NCBI GenBank assembly: GCA_951406725.2
Contig: OX597828.1
Coordinates: 6,510,001 to 6,574,000, forward strand
Length of the DNA: 64,000 bases
Direction of reading: 5' to 3'
Source: Octopus vulgaris
Taxonomy: Eukaryota
Shown: one piece after another, positions 55,148-64,000 of the stretch
Layout of the letters: the number at the start of each line of letters is the position of its first letter
Numbering within the stretch: position 1 is the stretch's first letter
Notes under the pieces: model-generated
What the model was told of the DNA's origin: nothing
Database searches by the model: none
The model's input: only the letters and a program-made list of their open reading frames with translations
Translations under genes and position numbers: made by a program

Positions 55148-56329
55148 CTTTATTTTCCTCCACTAATAACGGCTTCGGTCACATAAGATTTTCATCTTGG
55201 GACACTTCTACACAGGGTACCGGGGAATAACATACGCCTGAATGCACTTCAACTAACTCTTGCGCCTAAATCCGTGGATGCATTGGTATTCCATTCCCAG
55301 ACATATATAATGACCTTTTTGCCGCAAAGCTAGTTCAATCATCAATGACTCAATCGTAAGTAATCGATAAAGCCCATGACTCTGCCTAACTAAGCAGCAC
55401 TTCAAGAAAGTAGACAGTCACATGGATTGTGCAAAGAACTGTGACTATTCCATTGTAGGCTACACATGTTATGCGCCTAAAAGTACAGAAGTGGAGCCAT
55501 TTCACTGATGTAGACATCATAACAGGATTATTTCACTCTTATTTAGGTGTCTGTTAGGCCTGGACAGAACCCACGTACCTGCTCTACACTTATGCGAGTC
55601 TAGACATTGTTTTTTATTTTGCCTTTGATAGTGCGAAGGTTATCGCATTTCTAATAGACTTAGTGTTTTGCACAATAGTCCGATGAAATCAAGACCATTG
55701 TGCGTATATGAGAATACGGAAATATTCTAAGTTGCTAAAGAGCCCTACATACCTCGCAGCATAATCTAAGTTTATGAAGGATCATAAAACGTGATATCAG
55801 GTTTTTACTTTATCTCATGACCATGTATGGTGGTATTCTTCCTGCATGGTCCAGCTAATCTTATTGTTTCGTTTACGGTAATTTCGAACATGTGGAGATG
55901 AAATTTACTTATTTCTTCCGTGCAGCATTTTAATGGAAAGCGAACATGCCTTTAAACACACACACGCGCGCGCACGCAAGCACACACAATTATTGGAATA
56001 TTATTGACTCACTTTTCATTTCATGGATTTTGTTTGTCGTCATCAAATTACTTCGTTCGCTATCAAGGTAGTCATGATTACCATCCTCACACGACATCTG
56101 AAAGACTCCAATTCTAGCGTAATAAAGGGTAGCGGGTCTTCTGGAGATGAATCTTGGTGTGCTTATCTTGCGAACACTTCTAGACAACAACGTAATGCAT
56201 AACTTGTGCACATGGAATGACTAAGAAATAGTAGTCATTTTTCAAAAGGTATAACAGTTGAAGCTGTAAAAAATGAAATTCTAGCTGAATATATTAATAT
56301 TAATGTGTGCGTGTGTGTGTATATATATA

Positions 56330-56895
56330 CAGGGGTTGGAAAAAATAATAGAAACACCTAGCATCATAGCATCATAATTTTGTAATATAAAACCGTCAAA
56401 AGCTTCTTTATTTTTATGTTTTTCGATTTATTATTAGTGTTGCTTAATATGTTTTGCTAAAATTGCTGTTTCTTTACAGGTATCATGAGAAAAAGTAATT
56501 AAAATTCATTAAAATGAATATATATATATTACTCTTTGCTCTTTTACTCTTTTACTTGTTTCAGTCATTTGACTGCGGCCATGCTGGAGCACCGCATTTA
56601 ATCGAGCAACTCGACCCCGGGACTTATTCTTTTATAAGCTCCAGTAATTATTCTAGCGGTCTCTTTTGTCGAACCGCTAAGTAACGGGGACATAAACACA
56701 CCAGCATCAGTTGTCAAGCAATGCTAGGGTGACAAACACAGACACACAAACACACACACGCATATATATATACATATCTACGACGGGCTTCTTTCAGTTT
56801 CCGTCTACCAAATCCACTCATAAGGCTTTGGTCGGCCTTAGGCTATAGTAGAAGACACTTGCCCAAGGTGCCACGCAGTGGGACTGAACCCGGAA

Positions 56896-56928
<33 letters not shown>

Positions 56929-57735
56929 AATTTCAAAGACGTCAAATTGTAGGTGCTCTTATGGCAGGCGCTAGCGTAATGAAAACCGCCGAAATGTTTG
57001 GTGTATCAAGAAGTACTGTCTCGAAATTAATGACATCCTTTGAGAAAGAGGGGAAAACCTGCACGTCGAAAAAAAAACTCCGGAAGAAGACCAAAACTTT
57101 CAAAGTTTCGAGCTCTTACGCGAATTGTTCGAAAGGATCACAAAAGTACAACTCTCAAAATTACTGCAGAGCTTAATGACCACCTCGAGAACCTAGTTTC
57201 CATAAAAACTGTTCACCGGGAGGTGCACAAAGTCGGATTACATGGGAGGGCTGCAATCAGAAAACCGCTGCTTTCAAAAACAAACGTTGCAATGCGTTTA
57301 AAAACCCACGGAATTGGTCCCTAGAACAGTGGAAGAATCTTATTTTCTTGGACGAGTCATCCTTTACCTTTTTGCGACCATCGGCCGAGTATATTTGTGG
57401 AGACAGCCAAAAGAATCATTTGACCCAGACTGCCTTCTTCCAAGTGTTAACCATGGAGGAGGATCTGTGATGATCGCAGGGGTGGACCTATATCTGGGAA
57501 ATCTGCCAGCCCAATTGTTTCCCTTCATGGCAGGAGTAACAGTCAAGACTATTTAAGCATTTTATTTGATCAAATTCATTCTACGGTTGCGGAAATGTTT
57601 CTGGAGGGGAAAGTAATCTTTCAGGATGATAATGCACCAATTCACACAGCTAAAATTATTACTTAATGGCACGAGGAACATTCTAGTGAAGCTGAACATC
57701 TTATCTGGCCAACATAGTCACCAGATCTCAAATTC
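56330..57735 (+). mobile_element. Tc1-like (DD34E) transposon, 3'-truncated and interrupted by a SINE
   Basis: Left TIR TA-CAGGGGTTGGAAAAAATAATAGAAACACC. Transposase remnants EFQRRQIVGA..AEMFGVSRSTVS, NSGRRPKL, RKPLL, IFLDESS, VNHGGGSVM, FQDDNAPIH, WP.*SPDL; no right TIR found. Confidence 0.92.
56530..56897 (-). mobile_element. SINE family A nested at the start of the Tc1 transposase
   Basis: GGTTCCGGGTTCAGTCCCACTGCGTGGCACCTTGGGCAAGTGTC...CAGCATGGCCGCAGTCAAATGACTGAAACAAGTAAAAGAG; (TA)n on both sides. Confidence 0.92.
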
Positions 57736-58272
57736 GATCATCAATCAACAACGGACACAATATAATTGGAGAAAATTGCATGGCCGTAATTTTCCACATG
57801 CACCATATTTCCCCGTTGCTCTTTTGCCAGCAGCGTCGAAGCCGGAAAATGTAGATGCTTAATGTGAATGAAATGATGAAATGCGTCTAAACCTGCACAT
57901 ACGTATTTAATGGTGCATTCGGTGACAATTGACTGATTCGTTTGCTTTTATCCGTTCCTTACAGTTCTTGTTTCTGTTCGGGGAAGATGTCCAAAATCAT
58001 CTTACACAAGAAGCAGATGTAAAGTGCTGTCGAGGCGAACATGAAGTATATTGATAATGTTACATATAGACAGTCACATTCTCAACTGATTCAATCGTGT
58101 ACGGACACTTCAGCCATGTAACTGAAAACTTGCTTTCTTCGGACAATTTTTTTCGTCCTCTCCGGATGTTTCCCTTTTCTTCTTTCTGAGCGCCGACATA
58201 ATACATTCACTGTGTACGTCCTTTTTTCTTTTGTTGTCTTTGTTTTTATTTTGTTTCTATTTCCGATTTGTC

Positions 58273-58362
<90 letters not shown>

Positions 58363-58634
58363 CGTGCGTGTGAGTGAGTTTATGTGTATGTGTGTATTAA
58401 CTAATTCCAGAATTCCCAATTTCCTAATCCTTGACTTTGAATTTTTAATATTTGGCAAGATACACTTACTCATCGAAACCGGTAACATTTCATAAAAGTC
58501 ACTTAAAGTAACAAATATAAAAATACTTATCGTTTCCGATTAAAGTAAAACAGTAAAAATGATACTTCCGTGCCGTTTCCACTTTTACTTTTTACCTATA
58601 ATCTTTGATTCGTATGGATTCTTAACTCCTTCTC

Positions 58635-58699
<65 letters not shown>

Positions 58700-58731
58700 T
58701 ATAGATATAGATAGATAGATAGATAGATATA

Positions 58732-58847
<116 letters not shown>

Positions 58848-59419
58848 TATATATATATATACATACATACATACAAGTACGCTTCAAATTTACAGAAGAC
58901 GAAAGACGAAGACTGACAAAGGAACAGGTATAACGGTTTAACGTTCGGGAAGAAAGTGTTTGACGTTCCAACCGTTTCTATTCTTTTATTGTTTCACGTG
59001 TTTCAGTTATTTGACTGCGGCCATGCTGGTGCACCATGTATGTATACACCGACAAAAGCAGTATTAACATCAGAAGGTAATCTTAACGTACAACTAAACA
59101 TGTCTACCTTGTTGGAACACCAAAACTGCGATATTAGCCTTCAGAGATCCTCTCAAAATGTCGTTTGGTGTATAGAAGCATACTCATAGATTGTAATAGT
59201 CGAAACTCTTCTGCCATGGGCGCCACAATTTCCATATTACGTGATTTCTTTCTATTGTAACTTACCAGCGAGAAGCACCGGTTGGCCGCGTGCCAATCAA
59301 ATCTGCTATGATATAGAGAGATTCAGCATCTTTTCAGACGATGACGTTGAATATGGCTAGCACGCATACACACACACACACACACACACACACAAATATA
59401 TATCTGTCTAGCTAGTTAT

Positions 59420-59805
59420 ATAAATGTATGTGGGGGGTGTACGTAGGCAGGTATGTATGTGTATATGTATGTATGTATGCATGTATGTATGTATGTGTAT
59501 ATGTATGCATGTATGTATGTATGTATATGTACGCATGTATGTATGTATGTACGTATGTATGTATGTATGTATGTATATATGTATGTATGTATGTGTATAT
59601 GTATGCATGTATGTATGTGTATATGTATGCATGTATGTATGTATGTGTATATGTATGTATGTATATATGTATGTATGTACGTACGTACGGATGTATGTAT
59701 GTAAGTACGTATGTATGTATGTATGTATGTATGTATGTATGGATGGATGGATGGATGGATGGATGTATGGATGGATGTATGTATGTATGTATGTATGTAT
59801 GTATA
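59420..59805. repeat. (TATG)n/(GGAT)n microsatellite
   Basis: Directly visible; source of the MYVC-type ORFs. Confidence 0.95.
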
Positions 59806-61087
59806 CACATGGTCAACGTATGCGAATGTTGTTGAGAGGAAATCTTTGGAATTTTGAAATAGAAATTGGTCATATGACAAATGTCACTTCTCACTTTCTT
59901 ATTGCTTTTGAAGGAATCCCCAGCACTGTGGAATTAATTTTGATTCTTAAGGAAGCCGTATATGCTAATCACAATCAATTGAAATTATTAAAGCTGCAAT
60001 GATCAACACTTCTTTTATCCCTCACTCCACTCCTATCAAGAAGAAGCACTTCCCATCGTCACCCAAATAAGTCATAGTGATTACTACATGATATTTGTAG
60101 AACAATTAATATCGCTGGCACCAATGTTTAATTTCTAGATTGAAACAAAACAACAAGACGCATCTATTTTCCTTTATCCAATGAAATGTAACTTAACTAG
60201 ATTAATGCAGTTTTCAAGCAAAACATCAATGCATTATATTTTACAAAGTTTTCATCGAAAATATTTTCCATTTCCTACTTGGAACCTACGGTAAACATCA
60301 CCGTAGGTTGGCTTTTAAAATCACTTGAATAAAGCACTTCAAATAAAACGAATCCTTCTCATTGCTGAAAAAAGGAAAAGAAAAAGTCTTATTTATATCA
60401 TGAAGAATCCATTATCACATAAATGGAATTCAAACACTTTTACAATTTCTTTTCAAAAGGACTCTATTGGTTCTTTCATTCATGATGTTTGGCACGAATT
60501 AGCAGAAATCACAGAATTTCTTTCAGGAAGGAAATCGTGAACAAATCATTGAATCTGAAGACTTTCGTCTTCTTTTATTTCTATCTTTTTTTTTTTTTGT
60601 AAAGACAGCTTCAGCCTCGGGGTATATTGTTATACTATATTACATTGTCAATGCTGCATTCCTGCTTTTCCTTATTCGTAATTACAAAGCTAGACTACAA
60701 TTTCTTCCTTCCCAATTTCCACATTGGGTGTGTCACATAGAGATGTTAATAAACATTTGGTGGCACTGTTTATAAAATTATTACATTTCTTCGAGAAGAC
60801 ACAAATTGTGTGGTGTTCTGTAAAGCCATCGTACTGTTGTTTAGTGCTAAATCAGCCATGAACGTGGATCGTGATTGCGGGAATTGCATATGTAGTACTA
60901 ACTAGAGTTCCTAATTACCGCTTCCGTTTTGAAAAGTATATCAACAGGAATTTTGCTGCTAATTCTATCAGGTAACACAACAACGTAGAGGCTCCCGTCA
61001 TTTAACCGACTGAGTCATTTGTAATAAATCAGTTAAGCACTTCAATTGTATGCAGAAACTCTTTACACTTCCAACGATACAAAGAAT

Positions 61088-61658
61088 ACGATACAAGAAT
61101 TATATGGATAAAAATATCTTCTCATTGATAAAGAGGGTGGGCAAAATTTTCACCATTCCCGTTGGGAAGAGGGCTAATGTTTTTAGTTTGAAGAAGCACT
61201 GATTTAATATTTTAATAATTTGGCTACTGGCGACCTTTCTAGTTCAATATTTTCCCTAGAATATTATTGTTAGATACAGACAAGCTTGGATATTTATCCA
61301 TTTTTAGTATGCCATTTTATATCTCCTCATACTCGACTTCTCACAGATTGATACGAATCGGCGGTTCGTATCCGATGCTCTGCTCTGTGTTGTGAGGTGG
61401 GAAAAGACATTCAGTACCAGATCATCTATTTCAGTTTTATCATAGGGTGACCCTTAGGAAACTTGGAAGGAGTCTAATAAATTGTAACTAATATTAGAAT
61501 TCAGACGGCTTCAGAATTTTGATCCAACCCCAAGGCAACGATACAAAAATTATATGGATAAGAATATCTCCTCACTGATAAAAAGGGTGGGCAAAATTTT
61601 CCCCATTCCCGTTGGGAAGAGGGCTAATATTTTTAGTCTGAAGAAGCACTGATTTAAT
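61088..61658. repeat. Two ~121-bp direct repeats 450 bp apart with a structured spacer
   Basis: 61088-61208 vs 61538-61658, about 8 mismatches by eye. Confidence 0.88.
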
Positions 61659-62714
61659 CATTCTATTTGTAAAATAATAAGTACCGTCCACATTTATAAT
61701 CTTCCACAAGGTCTAATCAACGGTCAACTGAACATATCACCACATTTCGGTCGTACAGACATCTCGAGCAAATAACGGTTGCTCGACCTGTTAGAAGTAG
61801 CAGTTAAACCTCCCTCAATTCGCACCTTGTCGGCATGAATGAAAAACAACAAACGTAATATTAGACAATATTTTATCTTGAATATACAAAATTACAGCAT
61901 GGTCACGGCTAGAACACTTTTGATCATACGTTTCATTAGCTGACCAATGGCTGAATAAGCTGAGTAACGACCTGTCAGTAAGAATTAATTAAGGGGTCAC
62001 TACGTGGTTGCTTGACCAGCGGTAAATTTATAGCTATATCTCTCTCGGTTCACACCCTGCAGTCGTAAAGCTAAAAAGACGCATTGGATTAAGTGGTCGC
62101 ATCCGACCTGGGGCTAAATTACAACAACAACTGCAACACAACAACAACAATACTCATATCTGCTCGGTCCTAGCTATGCATTCTTTGAATCACGTAAATC
62201 ACATGAAATAAATGTATGAACGAATGTCTTCAATTTAACACCCTTTCAATTCTCCTCTGAGCGGCCAACTGACCTGCCGGCTTGGCTCTACATGCGTATT
62301 AAAGGTGTCCGTACTTAAGACGTGACAAACTTATAATAGGTTACTACTGGCCATGTAATGGCTTCATAAACCACACACGTCAATTATTTACTTTCTTCGA
62401 CAGCTAAAGCTATTAACGTTTCATGCTTCTTCCATCTTACCTATTTTCTACTTTCATTCGCATGCGTTTCACCTTCCGTCAGTAATCCCCGTCCACCTCC
62501 TCATCCCCCTCCTTCTTCTTCTTCTTGATCACCATCATCATCATCATGTTTTTATTCACATATTTTCATGTCTTCTCACAATACCGCACATCATGTGTGC
62601 GAGTGGGTGGTTGCAACCAATCCAATGTTCAACTGATTCTGCGTTTCAACGATGACCGAAGAAGGGAGGATCAGGAACTATAATTTCATTTTATTTCGCT
62701 TGTTTGTCTTCTCC

Positions 62715-62915
62715 GCACAATTCCCATTCATCGTCTTCTTCTTTTTCTTCTTCTTCTTTTTCTTCTTCTTCTTTTTCTTCTTCTTCTTTTTCTTCTTCTT
62801 TTTCTTCTCCTTCTTTTTCTTCTTCTTCTTCTTTTTCTTCTTCTTTTTCTTCTTCTTTTTTTTTTCTTCTTTTTCTTCTTCTTTTTCTTATTCTCCTTCT
62901 TCTTCTTCTTCTTCT

Positions 62916-62949
<34 letters not shown>

Positions 62950-63537
62950 TTTCTTCTTCTTCTTCTTTTTCTTCTTTTTCTTCTTCGCCTTCTTTTTCTT
63001 CTTCTTCCTCTTCTTCTTTTTCTTCTTCTTCTTCTTTTTCTTCTTTTTCTTCTTCGCCTTCTTTTTCTTCTTCTTTTTTGTCTTCTTTTTCTTCTTCTTT
63101 TTCTTCTTCTTCTTCTTTTTCTTCTTTTTTTCTTCTTTTTCTTCTTCGCCTTCTTTTTCTTCTTTTTTGTCTTCTTTTTCTTCTTCTTTTTCTTCTTCTT
63201 CTTCTTGGTCTTCTTCTTCTTCTTCGTCTTTTCATTCTTCTTCTTCGTCTTCTTCTTCTTTTCCTTCTTCTTCTTCTTTTTTTCTTCTTCTTCTTCTTCT
63301 TCTTCTTCGTTTTCTCCTCCTCCTCCTCTTTTTTTCTTCTTCTTCTTCTTCTTTTTCTTCTTCTTTTTCTTCTTCGCCTTCTTTTTTTTCTTCACCTTCT
63401 TTTTCTTCTTCTTCTTTGTCTTCTTCTTTTCCTTCTTCTTCTTCTTCTTCTTCTTCTTCTTCTTCTTCTTCTTCTTCTTCGTCTTCTTCTTCCCCGTCCT
63501 CCCCTCCTCCTCCTCCTCCTCCTCCTCTTCTTCTTCT
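62715..63537. repeat. ~820-bp (CTT)n-based polypyrimidine tract
   Basis: Directly visible; source of the poly-F/S/L/K/E/R ORFs. Confidence 0.95.
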
Positions 63538-63546
63538 ATATTTAAA

Positions 63547-63750
63547 TGGCAGAATCCTTAGAACGCCGGGCAAAATGCATAGTGACATTTCCTTCGTCTT
63601 TATGTTCAGTGTTCAAATTCCGCGAAGGTCGGCTTTGCCTGTCAACCTTTCGGGGTCGATGAAAGACGTACCAGTTGAACACTGGGGACGAAATGATCGA
63701 GTTGTTCTTTCCTTTGAAATTACTGGCCTTGTGCCAAAATTTTCAAACTA
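63547..63750 (+). mobile_element. SINE family B
   Basis: TGGCAGAATCCTTAGAACGCCGGGC...GTTCAAATTCCGCG...CCTTTCGGGGTCGATG...TGGCCTTGTGCCAAAATTT. Confidence 0.8.
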
Positions 63751-64000
63751 ATATTACTCAGGTATGTCTGAATTTAATTATTTACATGTTTACCTAACTC
63801 ATGAGTATTAAATAAAAAACACACGATTATCTTTTAAAAGTTAGGACGTGTTTATTCTCTTCGAAATTGTTGTTGGGCATATTTCTTCTTTTATTGTTGA
63901 CATATTATAATAGCTAATATTATTTAAAAATTGTTAGACTCCATCGTTTTGGCTAGAGAAGTAGTATTGTCTGATGTGCGGAAAGTGGTGGGCCAAAGGA

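Noticed and set aside
57930-58030. Good-looking plus-strand branch point and splice acceptor (..TTCCTTACAG)
   Set aside because: No convincing donor or recognisable peptide.
59408-60002. MYVC/HTYI repeat ORFs
   Set aside because: Translations of (TATG)n.
62652-63751. 200-300 aa poly-F/S/L/K/E/R ORFs
   Set aside because: Translations of the (CTT)n tract.

Overview
This is eukaryotic, very AT-rich, microsatellite-saturated DNA. The SINE families and (TA)n/(CA)n/(TAA)n density suggest an octopus/coleoid cephalopod genome (inference). No intact host protein-coding gene, rRNA, tRNA gene or CRISPR array is supportable, and nearly all long ORFs in the track are translated microsatellites. The window is a mobile-element graveyard: a full-length dead mariner (9576-10846), a mariner derivative with two 5' ends (19135-20018), a 3'-truncated Tc1 interrupted by a SINE (56330-57735), a Penelope-like GIY-YIG fragment (32085-32770), four R4/Dong-like LINE 3' ends next to (TAA)n-type arrays, a probable RTE 3' end, and many copies of three tRNA-derived SINE families. 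The main unexplained signal is a set of minimal type I hammerhead ribozyme (HHR) motifs. The best is an intact HHR (26332-26413, minus strand) inside a non-coding ~535-bp head-to-tail repeat that sits in (TA)n and ends in an inverted piece. This is retrozyme-like architecture and predicts a ~535-nt self-cleaved, possibly circular RNA. Further HHR motifs occur in other short families, often as fold-back palindromes. Coordinates and identities were read by eye and may be off by a few bases.
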